Shown here: piece by piece, positions 8,388 to 19,364 of the stretch
How positions within the stretch are numbered: position 1 is the first letter of the stretch
How the letters are laid out: the number at the start of each line of letters is the position of its first letter
Notes under the pieces: model-generated
Told to the model about the DNA's origin: nothing
The model's database searches: none
The model's input: only the letters and a program-made list of their open reading frames with translations
Assembly (NCBI GenBank): GCA_037443035.1
Contig: JBBIPC010000003.1
Span: 90,951-154,950, forward strand
Source of the DNA: Chthonomonadales bacterium
GTDB taxonomy: Bacteria > Armatimonadota > Chthonomonadetes > Chthonomonadales > CAJBBX01
Direction: 5' to 3'
Length of the DNA: 64,000 nt
Program-made: the position numbers and the translations under genes

Positions 8388-10973
8388 ATGAGCCGGAAGC
8401 GTCGTCACACCTGCCTTTTCGCAGGTACCGTCCTCGTCGTTGGCACAGCTCTCCTGCTAGCCGGGTCGGCAGTCGCACAGACGGTTTCGCCGGATCTCGA
8501 GAGGCTCATGAGCGGTCTTCGCGGCTTCCACTATGGCCCGGACCGGTCGGCTCTGGACGCCGTGGCGCAGACTGTCCGAGAGGCAGTGCGCTCGCCGCAG
8601 CAGCGGCCACAAGTTGCACGGGCGCTCATGGATGTCGCCCTGTCTCCGGCTGCGGAAGAGGCCAGGCAGTTCGCGTGCAGGCAGCTTGTCTACATCGCGG
8701 GTCTGGAGCAGGTGCCGTCGCTTCTGAAACTCCTTCATGATGATGCGATGGCTCACTATGCCCTCATGGTGCTGGCCCGGATACCTGGTCGGGCTGTGGA
8801 CCACGCCATGCGCCAAGCGCTGGGCCATCTCGAGGGCAAGACACTCCTGGGCGCGGTGGACCTCCTGGGTGAGCGCCAAGACCCCGCTTCGGCTAGAGCT
8901 GTGGCCGTTTACGCACGCTCTGCGGATAACGCCCTTGCGGCGTGCGCGATGACGGCCCTGGCGCGTATCGGAACTTCTGAGGCGGACGTCTTGCTGCTCG
9001 CTGAGTACAGACGATCGCCTCCGGCACGTAAAGCGCTCTTCGCGGACGCGCTTCTGCTACGAGCAGATGCGTTGCGTCAGGCAGGCCGACGCGCGGATGC
9101 GGCCCGTTTCTATACAGCAGTGGATGCTGCCTCCCTACCGGAGACATATCGCGCCGCTGCGTGGCGTGGCAAGTTGCTCCTGCAGGGCGACGCGGGTGCG
9201 GACGCTCTGATTGCGGCCATGGCCGGTCCTGCGAGTCGGCGTCGCAGTGTGGCGGCATCCCTTGCTCGGACGCTGGGTACCGCCGTCACTACCCGCAAGC
9301 TCGCCGGTGCTCTTCCCCGATTGCAGCCCGACAGTGCTCGCCTGCTCCTCGACGCCCTAGCAGATCGCGGCGATCGCACGGCGGTGCCCGGCGTGCTTCG
9401 CATGCTGAAGTCACGGGATGAGCGAGTGCGGGCCAGTGCCATCCGCGCACTCGGGACCCTCGGTGGTGCGCAAGCCGTGGAACAGCTCCTCGCTGTAGCT
9501 GCGGATGCATCTGCTTCGCAGCGATCGCTAGCTGATCAGGCTTTGGCGGGTCTGCGGGGCAAGGGAGTCGATGCAATGCTAGCGCGAGCGCTGAGCAATC
9601 GGAAGGCAAGCATTCAGGCGGCCGCGCTGCGAGCACTCACCGCCCGGCGAGGCGACATGCCCATGGACAGAGTCTTGGCTCTCGCACGCTCCGGCCAGGG
9701 GGCGCTCTTCGCTGCAGCAGTGGAAGCACTGAGAGAACTCGGGCGCCCAACTGACCTCGAGCAGGTGCTACAGATGGTCCTACGTCGTCAAGAAGCGGAT
9801 CGTGACCGGCTCGGGGCTGCATGGCTGGCTATTGCTCGCCGGTGCCCACCAGAGAGAAGCTCTAGTCTTCTGGAGGAACAGCTTCGAAAGGCCGGGAGCC
9901 AACAGGAGCGGGTGGTGCTGCTGGAACTGGCGGGACAACTAGGTGGGGAACGGGCTCTTGCCCTGTTGATCAGTGCTGCTCGCGACCCTGACCCCGAAAT
10001 CCAGCTTACGGCGCTGCGAGCTTTGTCCGAATGGCCCGATGCTCGACCGATGGCAATCCTGCGCGAGACAGTGCGTGCGAAGCCATCTGGCCGTCTGCGG
10101 AGCATAGCCATGCGCGGCTACGTGCGCTCGCTGGGTCTTCCTGGCGGGCCAGACCCCATGCGTGCAGCCGACCTCTATCTGGAAGCTCTTGGCATGGCGG
10201 TGAATGCCGATGAGAAGCGCATGGTACTCGCCGGTATGGCCACAGTGGGCGACAGGCGCGTCTTGGAGACCGTCATGTCACTGACCGGAAGCAGCGATCT
10301 GCGGGCCGAGGCAGAACAGGCTGCATTTTCCATATGTCGGTTGACGGCCGGTGCGTGGCCAGACGAGACACGGAGCGCACTGCAGAAGCTTGCGGCAGAC
10401 GCCTCCCTTACCGAAGTGCGTCAGGGATCCCGTACTCTCCTGAACACGATGGACCGCTTCGGCGACTATGTCATGGCTTGGGAGGTATCTCCCGCATATT
10501 CCCAGGAGGGGGCTGACTTCTCTCGGCTCTTTGACGTGCCCTTCGCGCCCGAGGACCCCACGTTGGAGGCTGGAGCGGGCTGGCGCGTCATGCCTGTCGG
10601 CACGTCGGCGGAGCAGCCCTGGCTGCTGGACCTGCTTGCCTTGCATGGAGGCGAGCAGAGGGTGGCATACCTGCGTACCGCAGTCTGGAGCGATGCGGAG
10701 AAGGACTTGGTGGCCGAGATCGGCACTGACGATGGGGTCAAAGTGTGGTGGAACGGCGAGTATGTCTACGGCAACAATACGCAACGGGCGGTGGCTCCCA
10801 GCCAGGAGAAGGTGCGCGTGCACGCGCGCCAGGGCTGGAACCGCATGCTCCTGAAGGTGACCCAGAACATCATGGGTTGGGGAGCGTGCGTCCGCTTCGC
10901 AGCTACCGACGGATCGCCTGCCACCGGTCTGCGCTATTCCTTGCCATCGTCGCTGCCCAATGGAGAGCGGTAG
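8388..10973 (+). CDS. Secreted HEAT-repeat protein with C-terminal beta-sandwich (carbohydrate-binding-like) domain
   Basis: Signal peptide; many Ala/Leu-rich HEAT units (ALARIG, AIRALG, ALRALSEWPD); C-terminal GTDDGVKVWWNG...GWNRMLLKV. Confidence 0.8.
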   Translation: MSRKRRHTCLFAGTVLVVGTALLLAGSAVAQTVSPDLERLMSGLRGFHYGPDRSALDAVAQTVREAVRSPQQRPQVARALMDVALSPAAEEARQFACRQLVYIAGLEQVPSLLKLLHDDAMAHYALMVLARIPGRAVDHAMRQALGHLEGKTLLGAVDLLGERQDPASARAVAVYARSADNALAACAMTALARIGTSEADVLLLAEYRRSPPARKALFADALLLRADALRQAGRRADAARFYTAVDAASLPETYRAAAWRGKLLLQGDAGADALIAAMAGPASRRRSVAASLARTLGTAVTTRKLAGALPRLQPDSARLLLDALADRGDRTAVPGVLRMLKSRDERVRASAIRALGTLGGAQAVEQLLAVAADASASQRSLADQALAGLRGKGVDAMLARALSNRKASIQAAALRALTARRGDMPMDRVLALARSGQGALFAAAVEALRELGRPTDLEQVLQMVLRRQEADRDRLGAAWLAIARRCPPERSSSLLEEQLRKAGSQQERVVLLELAGQLGGERALALLISAARDPDPEIQLTALRALSEWPDARPMAILRETVRAKPSGRLRSIAMRGYVRSLGLPGGPDPMRAADLYLEALGMAVNADEKRMVLAGMATVGDRRVLETVMSLTGSSDLRAEAEQAAFSICRLTAGAWPDETRSALQKLAADASLTEVRQGSRTLLNTMDRFGDYVMAWEVSPAYSQEGADFSRLFDVPFAPEDPTLEAGAGWRVMPVGTSAEQPWLLDLLALHGGEQRVAYLRTAVWSDAEKDLVAEIGTDDGVKVWWNGEYVYGNNTQRAVAPSQEKVRVHARQGWNRMLLKVTQNIMGWGACVRFAATDGSPATGLRYSLPSSLPNGER

Positions 10974-10983
10974 TTGCGAGCGA

Positions 10984-11382
10984 CTACTTCTTCCGTTTCT
11001 GGAAGTTCAGGCTGACGGAGTTGATGCAGTACCGCTTGCCGGTAGGTTCCGGGCCGTCGTCGAAAATGTGGCCGAGGTGGCCACCGCACCGGCCGCAAAG
11101 CACTTCGATCCGATGCATGCCGTGACTGTGGTCGTCGCGGAACTCGATTCGGGCGGAGTCGATGGCACGCCAGAAGCTTGGCCAGCCGCAGCCAGCATCG
11201 AACTTCGTTTCGGAGCTGAACAGCTCCTGGCCACATCCAGCGCAGCAGTAGATGCCGTCGTCGCGCTTGTTCCAGTAGGCGCCTGTGAATGGTGCTTCCG
11301 TGCCCTTCTGCCGCAAGACACGGTACTGTTCGGGGGTCAGCATCGCCCGCCATTCGGCATCAGTTCTCACGAGTTTCTCCAT
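10984..11382 (-). CDS. msrB: Peptide-methionine (R)-S-oxide reductase
   Basis: [15 protein letters not shown], CxxC pairs, [24 protein letters not shown]. Confidence 0.95.
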   Translation of the reverse strand: MEKLVRTDAEWRAMLTPEQYRVLRQKGTEAPFTGAYWNKRDDGIYCCAGCGQELFSSETKFDAGCGWPSFWRAIDSARIEFRDDHSHGMHRIEVLCGRCGGHLGHIFDDGPEPTGKRYCINSVSLNFQKRKK

Positions 11383-11675
11383 CTTAGTTCGTCCTCTGTC
11401 GAGACGTCTGGATGCGCCTGTCGCGCGCCCCGGCCCAGCTGCGTAGAACCAGACACCAAGGAAGAGCGGGCCAACCATCCATAAGCAGTTCGCGTTCCGC
11501 CTCACAGGGCTTTCTACGACGGCGCCGCGTCCGCTGTTCCGACACGAATCCAGGCTGCACACCGACACAGTTGGTAACAGGGACCTTGCTGAATTAGGTC
11601 GTATATTATGGTTTGACGGCGTGCCGCAGGGCTGCCGAGCTTCACAGAACCGAATGCAGGGTGAGGAGACCGCTG

Positions 11676-14003
11676 ATGGCGCCAAACGCCCTCACGGCGT
11701 TACTATGGTTAGTCGCAGCTGCTGCTATGGCCTTGGCTGTATCCCTGTGGATGCAGAAGGAGATGCCCGCGCGACGTCTGCTCGCGGCCCTGAGCGTCGC
11801 CATGGCCGTTTGGTGTTTCGGCTATGGCGCCGAGCTTGGATCCGACACGCTGGCGCAGATGGAGTTCTGGACCGCCGTCCAGTACCCGGGTATCGTCGCG
11901 ATCCCACCTCTATGGCTTCTCGCAACGCTGCGCTACACGCGCACCCGACGCCTTGCCAACCCTTGGAAAGTGGTCCCCGTCTTCGTCGTATCCGTCTTGG
12001 TATTGGTTGCGGAGTGGACGAATCGCTGGCATCATCTGTACTACGCGGCCACGTCCGCAGTACGGGAAGGCGACTATTACCTTCAACTCCTGGTCCCAGG
12101 CCCTCTCTACTTTGTCTGGCTGGTATACGCTTGGGGTGTCGTCATGCTTGGCATCGCCGTCCTGGTTCGGCACCTCATCGTGGCGCGGCGGGCCTTCGCA
12201 ACGAATCTGGTTCTCCTGATCGTCTCGGGCTTGGTGCCTCTCCTTGTGGCGATTGCGCGAGCCATGGGTGGCTCGATCTTCGGCGTTCTCGACCCCACAC
12301 CGTTCGCCTTTGCACCCACCGTTGCGCTCCTCGCGGTGTTGTTGTCGCGGCGCCGCATGTTGTTCCTCCGTCCTATCGCCCGCGACATGGTCCTCGACAG
12401 CCTCGAGCATGGCCTCATGGTGGTAACCGCCGAGGGAATCATCACCGACAATAATCACGCGATGGGACGGATTGTGGGTAGGTCGGAAGACTTGGCCGGC
12501 ACGAGTGTAGTAGATCTTTTCGCAAGCGCACCTCAACTCGTGAAGGCATTCGAAACGGAGCAGCCGACCAGCCTGGAGGTGACTCTCGATCTACAGGGCG
12601 AGCCGCATATCTACCACGTTTCGATCATGGCCCACCGGAACGAGAGCTACGAACTCATCGGCAGAACGGCCATGTTCCGCGATGTCACCGAGCAACGAAA
12701 GGCCGAGGAGGCGATCCGCCAGCGGGACCGCCTCCTTACCGCCGAGGCGTTTGCGGCCCAACGACTGCTCACGGGCAGGGATATTCATATGGCCGTCAAC
12801 GAGGCCATCACTGCCATTGGCCAGGCGACGGACGTGGACCGCGTCTACGTGTTCCGAAATCACACAGCGGACGACGGGGCGGTCGAACTCAGCCAACTCT
12901 ACGAGTGGGTCCGGGGAGGTGTGAGCCAGCAGATAGACAACCCGGAGCTCCAGAACCTTCCGTACTCTCGTGGCTACAGCCGGTGGTACGACCTGCTAAG
13001 CCGCGGTGAGCCAGTCATGGGGCCCGTGGAGGAGTTCCCGCCCGAAGAGCAGCCACTTCTCTTGGAGCAGGACATCGTCACCCTCCTCGTCGTTCCCATC
13101 CAAGTGTTCGGTACCTTCTGGGGTTTCATGGGCTTCGACGAGTGCCACCGACACAGGGATTGGACCGCACCGGAGATTGCCGTGCTCCGATCCACAGCCA
13201 GCGCCATTGGCTCTGCCATCGTACGCCACGAAACGGCCGAGGAGCTTCGTACGCTCAATGCGAACCTCAACCGGCTTGTGGAGGAGAAGACACGCGCTCT
13301 TTCCAATGCCTACCAGGAACTGGTGGAGTTCACAGACTCGGTGGCCCATGAGCTTCAGGGCGACTTGCAGGTTGCGCGGGAGTTCTCACGCGAACTGGGA
13401 GAGTTTCGCTGCGCAGCACTGGATGAGGAGAGCCGATCCTGTGTCGAGCACATTCGCAAAGCCGTGAGCAGTCTCGAGGAGAAACTGAAGGCAATGCGCC
13501 GCCTCCACCTGGCCACGAGCAGCGAGCTCTTGTGTGTTCCGACGGACTTGAGCAGCATCGCGCGGCGTGTGGCAATGGACAAGCAAGCTGGTCACCAGAG
13601 GCGTGTCGTCCGCTGGTCCGTCCAACCGGGACTCAAAGCCACTGCAGACCCCCGCAAGATAGAGACGCTGTTCTCTGAGCTACTGGATAACGCCTGGAAG
13701 TTCACGCAACCGCGCGACCCCGCCGTCATAGAGGTCGGCCGCGAGCTGACTTCCGACGGCGAGGCGTTCTATGTGCGCGATAATGGTGTGGGATACGATC
13801 CGCTCCTGAGCGACCGATTGTTCCGCGTCTTCTCCCGGCTGCACCCGCCCGAGGCGTTCCCCGGAAGAGGGGTCGGCCTCGCCATTGTGGCGCGGATCGT
13901 CGAGCGGCATGGGGGACGCGTCTGGGCCGTTGGCCAACCCGACCAGGGCTGCACCATCTACTTCACACTGCCTTCCGCGCCAACAGCATCCCGCGCTGCC
14001 TGA
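11676..14003 (+). CDS. Sensor histidine kinase (7TM N-terminal, PAS, GAF, HisKA, HATPase)
   Basis: About 7 TM helices, PAS ending [15 protein letters not shown]-like region, H-box [26 protein letters not shown]. Confidence 0.9.
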   Translation: MAPNALTALLWLVAAAAMALAVSLWMQKEMPARRLLAALSVAMAVWCFGYGAELGSDTLAQMEFWTAVQYPGIVAIPPLWLLATLRYTRTRRLANPWKVVPVFVVSVLVLVAEWTNRWHHLYYAATSAVREGDYYLQLLVPGPLYFVWLVYAWGVVMLGIAVLVRHLIVARRAFATNLVLLIVSGLVPLLVAIARAMGGSIFGVLDPTPFAFAPTVALLAVLLSRRRMLFLRPIARDMVLDSLEHGLMVVTAEGIITDNNHAMGRIVGRSEDLAGTSVVDLFASAPQLVKAFETEQPTSLEVTLDLQGEPHIYHVSIMAHRNESYELIGRTAMFRDVTEQRKAEEAIRQRDRLLTAEAFAAQRLLTGRDIHMAVNEAITAIGQATDVDRVYVFRNHTADDGAVELSQLYEWVRGGVSQQIDNPELQNLPYSRGYSRWYDLLSRGEPVMGPVEEFPPEEQPLLLEQDIVTLLVVPIQVFGTFWGFMGFDECHRHRDWTAPEIAVLRSTASAIGSAIVRHETAEELRTLNANLNRLVEEKTRALSNAYQELVEFTDSVAHELQGDLQVAREFSRELGEFRCAALDEESRSCVEHIRKAVSSLEEKLKAMRRLHLATSSELLCVPTDLSSIARRVAMDKQAGHQRRVVRWSVQPGLKATADPRKIETLFSELLDNAWKFTQPRDPAVIEVGRELTSDGEAFYVRDNGVGYDPLLSDRLFRVFSRLHPPEAFPGRGVGLAIVARIVERHGGRVWAVGQPDQGCTIYFTLPSAPTASRAA

Positions 14004-14259
14004 CGACTGGCGCCTGCCCTGGTCAGGCCGCTCAGAGCACCCGCCAACCCGCAACGTTTGCCACATGCCCTGGAACCGGGGCGACATCTGGCTCGCTTCG
14101 GTTCGACGGGACGCAGGTGGAGCGGACGTCCAACAACCCCTTCCTCCCGTGAAGAGCAGCTTCGTGCTGATTCGCTGCTTCGAGGGCAGGAGTTCGGCCG
14201 CACACCACTGAAAGACCTAGCACAGTCTGGCACTGGCCTGAAGATGATGGAGGACTCTC

Positions 14260-15288
14260 ATGCGCCTGAACCGTTACGCCGGCAATCCGGTGCTCGCTCC
14301 CGTTCCAGGTAGCGACTGGGAAGGGCTTGTGACATGCAACCCGGGAGCCTGGTACGAGCCTGAGGAAGGCCGCGTGTATCTGCTCTACCGGGCCGCAGGA
14401 GACGACCCTGCACATAGGATCCATCTTGGCCTCGCAGTCAGCACGGACGGCGTACGCTTCGAACGTGTTTCCGATCGGCCGGTCCTGTCGCCTAGCGGGG
14501 ACAACTGGGACGCGGGATGCATCGAAGATCCACGCATCGTGAAGATGGACGATTGGTACATCGTGACGTACGCTTCGAGACCATTTCCTCCCGGCCAGTA
14601 TTGGAAACCCGAAAACGCGGGTCCCTGGAAGCCGGCTCATCCCTCGGAACACTTCCCCTGGATTCTCCGCGAAAACGCGACCTCGACAGGGCTCGCGTTC
14701 ACACGGGATTTCCGCACATGGATCCGCGCTGGGCGCATGACGAATCCGACCGTGGACGACCGTGATGTCATCCTGTTCCCGCAGAAGATCAAGGGCCGGT
14801 ACGCCATGCTGCACCGGCCCATGGGTTGGGTGGGTCCACAGTACGGCACCGAGTACCCTGCCATCTGGATCGCGTTCTCGGACGATCTCCTGCACTGGAC
14901 CGACTCGAGACTGCTGGCACGCGCAGAGTTGGCTTGGGAGAACAACAAGATCGGAGGCAATACACCCCCTGTCTGGACCCCAGAAGGTTGGCTAGTCATC
15001 TACCATGCTGTCGGCTCCGACATGCACTACCGCCTGGGCGCCATGATCCTGGACGCCGATGATCCGACGCTCATCAAGGGGCGCGGCTGCCGATGGATTC
15101 TGCAGCCGGAGGAGTGGTACGAGATCGAAGGGTACTTCCGTGGCTGCGTGTTTCCATGTGGGAACGTGGTTATCGGCGACACGCTCTACCTCTACTACGG
15201 CGGGGCCGACAAGTACGTGGGAGTGGCAACATGCAACCTGGACGAGCTAGTCCAGTATGTCCTCCAGTGCGGGGACAGACCTGACTAG
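14260..15288 (+). CDS. GH130-family glycosidase / mannoside phosphorylase
   Basis: NPGA, LLYRA, GCIEDPRI, DRDVILFP, MLHRP, KIGGNTPP, CVFPCG, YYGGAD. Confidence 0.9.
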   Translation: MRLNRYAGNPVLAPVPGSDWEGLVTCNPGAWYEPEEGRVYLLYRAAGDDPAHRIHLGLAVSTDGVRFERVSDRPVLSPSGDNWDAGCIEDPRIVKMDDWYIVTYASRPFPPGQYWKPENAGPWKPAHPSEHFPWILRENATSTGLAFTRDFRTWIRAGRMTNPTVDDRDVILFPQKIKGRYAMLHRPMGWVGPQYGTEYPAIWIAFSDDLLHWTDSRLLARAELAWENNKIGGNTPPVWTPEGWLVIYHAVGSDMHYRLGAMILDADDPTLIKGRGCRWILQPEEWYEIEGYFRGCVFPCGNVVIGDTLYLYYGGADKYVGVATCNLDELVQYVLQCGDRPD

Positions 15289-15307
15289 GCGCGACACCCC
15301 TTGGTGG

Positions 15308-15970
15308 TCATTCCCGCTGGGCAACCGACTGCGATTGGTAGACGAAAAACGGATGCCCGGCGTGGTCGAAGCGACGGACGAGGCAGAAGATGCCGCTGCG
15401 CAGGATGTCGTCGTGACAGACCGGATTCTTATAGATGATGGTCAGCTCTCGCGGGGCTCGTCGGAGTGAAGCCTTCAAGTGCTCCATGACCGCCTGCATG
15501 ACAGGCGAGGGAAACGGGTTGTACATGTACACGTGCGTGAACGGGTCGTAGTCGTCAAAGAGCGTCGCATCACCATGGAGGAGCTCCACCCGATCCACAG
15601 CCGCTTTCCGCAGATTCTCGGCGGCCACGACAAGGAGCTGCTCCGACAAGTCAAGGCCAACGATCTTACCGAAAGGAAACTCCGCCATTGTGAGCAGAGC
15701 TCCTCCCTTCCCACAGCCAAGATCCAAGATGCAATGTCGGCCGTGTATGTTCAGTGCCTTCAGGACACGAGCGAGGTCGGGACCTCCGGAGCACGCATGA
15801 TTGTGGGCTCGATCCGGTCGGAGGCCAAGTTGCCGCAGAGGCACAGACGTCACGTCAATGCCAGCGCGCTTCCAGCGGCGACGGTGCGATGCGCCACCGA
15901 TGACTTCCCGCAACCAGTAGCGAACCGCTGCCCTACACCCGTTCCACGCCGACCATGCACGGGAAGACAT
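15308..15970 (-). CDS. Class I SAM-dependent methyltransferase
   Basis: ILDLGCGKG motif I, HGDA, YMYNPF. Confidence 0.8.
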   Translation of the reverse strand: MSSRAWSAWNGCRAAVRYWLREVIGGASHRRRWKRAGIDVTSVPLRQLGLRPDRAHNHACSGGPDLARVLKALNIHGRHCILDLGCGKGGALLTMAEFPFGKIVGLDLSEQLLVVAAENLRKAAVDRVELLHGDATLFDDYDPFTHVYMYNPFPSPVMQAVMEHLKASLRRAPRELTIIYKNPVCHDDILRSGIFCLVRRFDHAGHPFFVYQSQSVAQRE

Positions 15971-15977
15971 GCGTGGT

Positions 15978-16853
15978 CTACTTCAGGTACTTCTCGAACC
16001 AATCGGCCAGCACAGCAGCCTCGCTTTCGATTCCAGGCCAGCCGTGAGCCTTGCCCGACCTCACCTCGAGTTTGCACGGCACTTTCAACTCTTCCAGCTT
16101 CGCTATCAGGCGCTGGGACTGCTGGATCGGTACGAGCTGATCTGCATCGCCGTGGATGATGAGGGTAGGCGGCATGTGCTCGAGGTCGCCGTACATGGGT
16201 GAGAGCGAGCGTGCCAGTTTCTCCAGTTCGTCGGGAGGGGTCTTGTCCGTGATGCCGAACGCCGGCCAGAACACGCGAAGCATGGGAATGCTCAGAGCGG
16301 ACTGTCCGTCCTTACCGTAGTTCAAGAAATCCGTGGGTGGGAAGAGGCAGGCTATGGCCTGAACGCGGCTGGAGGCACGATCCACCGGATCTTTCGCGTC
16401 CTGTGGCCCGGGACCGCCGTACGCCCCCATCATCAAAGAGAGATGACCGCCTGCGCTGCCGCCGCAGATGCCGAGTTTGTCGGGGTTCACCCCCCACGTG
16501 GCAGCATTGGTTCGGATGAAACGCACGGCACGATGGATGTCCTCGATAATCTCCGGTAGCGTGAATTTGGGCTGGGAACCATGTACCACTTGAAACACGG
16601 TCATGCCGCGGGAAGTGAACGGTTCGGCTAGGGCGGGGTTGATGGCATCATGGTTGGAAACCCAGCCGCCGCTCACCATCCAGATCACACCGATACCGTT
16701 GGGCTTCTCCGGCTGGAACACGTCCATCGTGCAAGCCACGCCAAACTTGTGCCGATAGACGACATCGCGTATCCGCTTCTGCTCCGCTTGCACGCCTGCG
16801 GAGAGCACGAGGAGCGCGCCGAAGAGTATCCCTAGAAAGCGTCGTCTCGTCAT
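15978..16853 (-). CDS. Secreted alpha/beta-hydrolase (esterase/lipase)
   Basis: Signal peptide (TRRRFL), SGGW oxyanion hole, GGSAGGH nucleophile elbow, HGDAD, terminal HGW. Confidence 0.88.
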   Translation of the reverse strand: MTRRRFLGILFGALLVLSAGVQAEQKRIRDVVYRHKFGVACTMDVFQPEKPNGIGVIWMVSGGWVSNHDAINPALAEPFTSRGMTVFQVVHGSQPKFTLPEIIEDIHRAVRFIRTNAATWGVNPDKLGICGGSAGGHLSLMMGAYGGPGPQDAKDPVDRASSRVQAIACLFPPTDFLNYGKDGQSALSIPMLRVFWPAFGITDKTPPDELEKLARSLSPMYGDLEHMPPTLIIHGDADQLVPIQQSQRLIAKLEELKVPCKLEVRSGKAHGWPGIESEAAVLADWFEKYLK

Positions 16854-17060
16854 GATGAACCTCCCTGAAGCCTATGGATCGTCGTTACCTTCGACGCAAG
16901 CCAGGATGTCTCCTACCAACAAGAAATGCCGCCTAGTATCGTCTGTGGTTGTAGGAGTTGCGTGGGAACGTCACGAAGGTCTTGTGCATTACGTATCGAG
17001 TCGCCGCGCATTACCGGATGTTGCGCAACGGTTGTCATCTGAGCTCGAGGAGCATAGGGC

Positions 17061-19313
17061 ATGTCCGATTCACCAAACGAGCACTTACCCCTTTCGCCAG
17101 AGGCTGAGAAGCTCTGCACCACGGCCCTTTACAAGGCCCCACACGGCTCCGATCCAAACACGCTCCAGTGGGTACTCGCCATCGCCGAGCTTTTTCCTGA
17201 CTCGCTTGCGCCATTCGTCCCCAAGGCGCAGGTTCCCAGCCTGCGGCAGAGCATCCGTGAGAGCCTCAAACATGCTGAGGGAGGACCTCTGCTGACGAAA
17301 TTGGATGTCGTCGTTGCTGCGAGTGCTCTTGCTGCCGAAGAGGGAGCCAAGGAACTCAGCGTGGCGCACATGAGCAAGGCGATCGTAGAGAAAGCACAGC
17401 CCCTGCTCGAGGAGCTGGTGTCCAAAGAGGAATCCTCGCACCCAGAAACACTGGACCTGGACACGGACGACGAGGAGGAGCCAAGTGCAGAAGGTCTACG
17501 ACCTTTCAGTCCAGCAGAAGTCTTCGCTCCGTCCCCGGAAGTCGTAATCCGCCGGAGCGAGAGGCCCTCGTCCTCTCGGCGTGCCCCGCGAGCCAGTGCG
17601 AAGCATCCGATGCTGGACCGGTTCGCCGTGGATCTCACCCAAGCGGCCAAGGATGGCAAGCTTACGCCGGTCGTGGGCAGGGAGACCGAAATTGGTCTCG
17701 TCCTCGAGACGCTCTGCAAGACTACGAAACGGAATCCTGCACTGGTGGGCCAGGCAGGCGTTGGCAAGACGGCCATTGCCGAGGGCGTTGCTATGCGCAT
17801 TGCCGCAGGCGACTGCCCCGAGATGCTGCGGAACGCACGTATCTACCTCCTCCAAGCGGCCTCCCTTGTAGTTGGGATTCAGAACCCGGCCGAATATGCT
17901 GAACGCGTGCAGCAGCTCATCAAGGAAGCGTCAGACCCTGATGTGATCCTGTTCGTGGACGAATTTCACTCCGTGCTCGAGAGAGGCATGGCTTTCGAAC
18001 AGGACCTTGTCACGCTGCTGAAACCTGCGCTGGCCCGAGGAGAGATCGCGTGCATCGCCGCAACGACGGACGATGAGTACCGAAGGATCGTGGAATCGGA
18101 CAGAGCACTGGCCCGGCGATTTCAAGCCATTCGTATCGGGGAAATGAGCCACAACCAGACGCTGCAGGTTCTGCGCACACATGGCGAACGCATCGGGGTG
18201 GAACGCAAGGTTGCCATTCCCGAGGAGGTTCTGGTTCGCGCCCTGGACTTGGCCGGTGACCGGATGCCGAACCGCCGGTTTCCTGACAAGGCCGTGGACG
18301 TCCTCGAGCAGGCCGTCGCCCACGCCGTCATCCGAGGCCGGGATCGCGTGGATGTTAGCGATGTAGCCGATGTCGTGGAACGGTTGACCGGCGCACCGGC
18401 CGATACAGCCGCATCCTTGGACGCTCTCGCGATGGCTCTGCGGGAGGAGCGGCTTCTCAGCCCAGATGAGGTGGAGGCGCTCATCGCGAAGCTGACCGTA
18501 GCCATGGAGGGACTGGACATCTGGCCGGAACGTCCGAACGCCGTCATCATGCTCTATGGCCCCGCCAGTGCGCTCGCAGATCGGATGAGCGCCGTGCTCG
18601 CTCGTCACCTGGCCGGCTCCGAGGACAGGGTGGTGGATATGGACTTCTCCTTCATGACGCATCCCGGCGACCTCAGCCGGCTTGTCGGAGCTGGACCCTC
18701 CTACATCGGCTACGGCGAGGAGCTGCCGATCCACGCTCTCATTCAGTACCCCTGGAGTGTCTTCCTTTGCCGCAACGTGGACCTCTGCTATCCGTCCATC
18801 CTGACTGCTCTTATCAACGCTCTCCGGCGAGGCGCGATCGTGGACGGCATGGGTAGGTCCATCCGGCTCTGCGACTGCGTAGTGCTCGTTACCGTGGGCG
18901 ACGAAAGGAGCCGTAGCCGGAGTGCTCCCATCGGGTTCGTGCCACGGGCTCCTGCGGACGACGCAGAGACTCCTATACCCGACACCGTCCGACCCGAGCT
19001 GCAGGAGCTATGCACCATCATCGTATCGAGACTCGCAGAATCGTCAACGATATCCGAGAGCTTCATCATGGAACGACTTCTGCCCGACCTAGCCAAGCGC
19101 TACAGGGCACGTGGTCTCGAGGTGGAATTCGACAACAGCGTCGCAGCATGGGCTGCGGCGCGTTTCAAGAGCGAGCAAAACGAGCACATTCTTGGCGACA
19201 AGCTAGCGGCCGCCATCGGGCGGATCCTGAGACCTTACCTGCCCCGATCGGGCACAGTACATGTCCGGGTCGAGGCCGTGAATTCCGATCTCCGAGTCGA
19301 AGCCGTGCGCTAA
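17061..19313 (+). CDS. ClpA/ClpB/ClpC-family AAA+ ATPase with degenerate second nucleotide-binding domain
   Basis: D1: PVVGRETEI, GQAGVGKT, FVDEFH, LKPALARG, ALARRFQ, PDKAVD; D2: YIGY pore loop and IGF retained, Walker A/B eroded. Confidence 0.88.
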   Translation: MSDSPNEHLPLSPEAEKLCTTALYKAPHGSDPNTLQWVLAIAELFPDSLAPFVPKAQVPSLRQSIRESLKHAEGGPLLTKLDVVVAASALAAEEGAKELSVAHMSKAIVEKAQPLLEELVSKEESSHPETLDLDTDDEEEPSAEGLRPFSPAEVFAPSPEVVIRRSERPSSSRRAPRASAKHPMLDRFAVDLTQAAKDGKLTPVVGRETEIGLVLETLCKTTKRNPALVGQAGVGKTAIAEGVAMRIAAGDCPEMLRNARIYLLQAASLVVGIQNPAEYAERVQQLIKEASDPDVILFVDEFHSVLERGMAFEQDLVTLLKPALARGEIACIAATTDDEYRRIVESDRALARRFQAIRIGEMSHNQTLQVLRTHGERIGVERKVAIPEEVLVRALDLAGDRMPNRRFPDKAVDVLEQAVAHAVIRGRDRVDVSDVADVVERLTGAPADTAASLDALAMALREERLLSPDEVEALIAKLTVAMEGLDIWPERPNAVIMLYGPASALADRMSAVLARHLAGSEDRVVDMDFSFMTHPGDLSRLVGAGPSYIGYGEELPIHALIQYPWSVFLCRNVDLCYPSILTALINALRRGAIVDGMGRSIRLCDCVVLVTVGDERSRSRSAPIGFVPRAPADDAETPIPDTVRPELQELCTIIVSRLAESSTISESFIMERLLPDLAKRYRARGLEVEFDNSVAAWAAARFKSEQNEHILGDKLAAAIGRILRPYLPRSGTVHVRVEAVNSDLRVEAVR

Positions 19314-19364
19314 CACAGCCCATGGCCCAGATGGGCCAATTCCAACACCACGGAGGTGCACAGT

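Noticed and set aside
14051..14061. GCAACGTTTGC as a LacI/PurR-type operator
   Set aside because: Short, imperfect, about 200 nt from the GH130 start and matching neither local LacI operator.
15308..15970. DNA methyltransferase of a restriction-modification system
   Set aside because: YNPF only loosely resembles NPPY/F, the protein is small, and no nuclease or specificity gene is adjacent.
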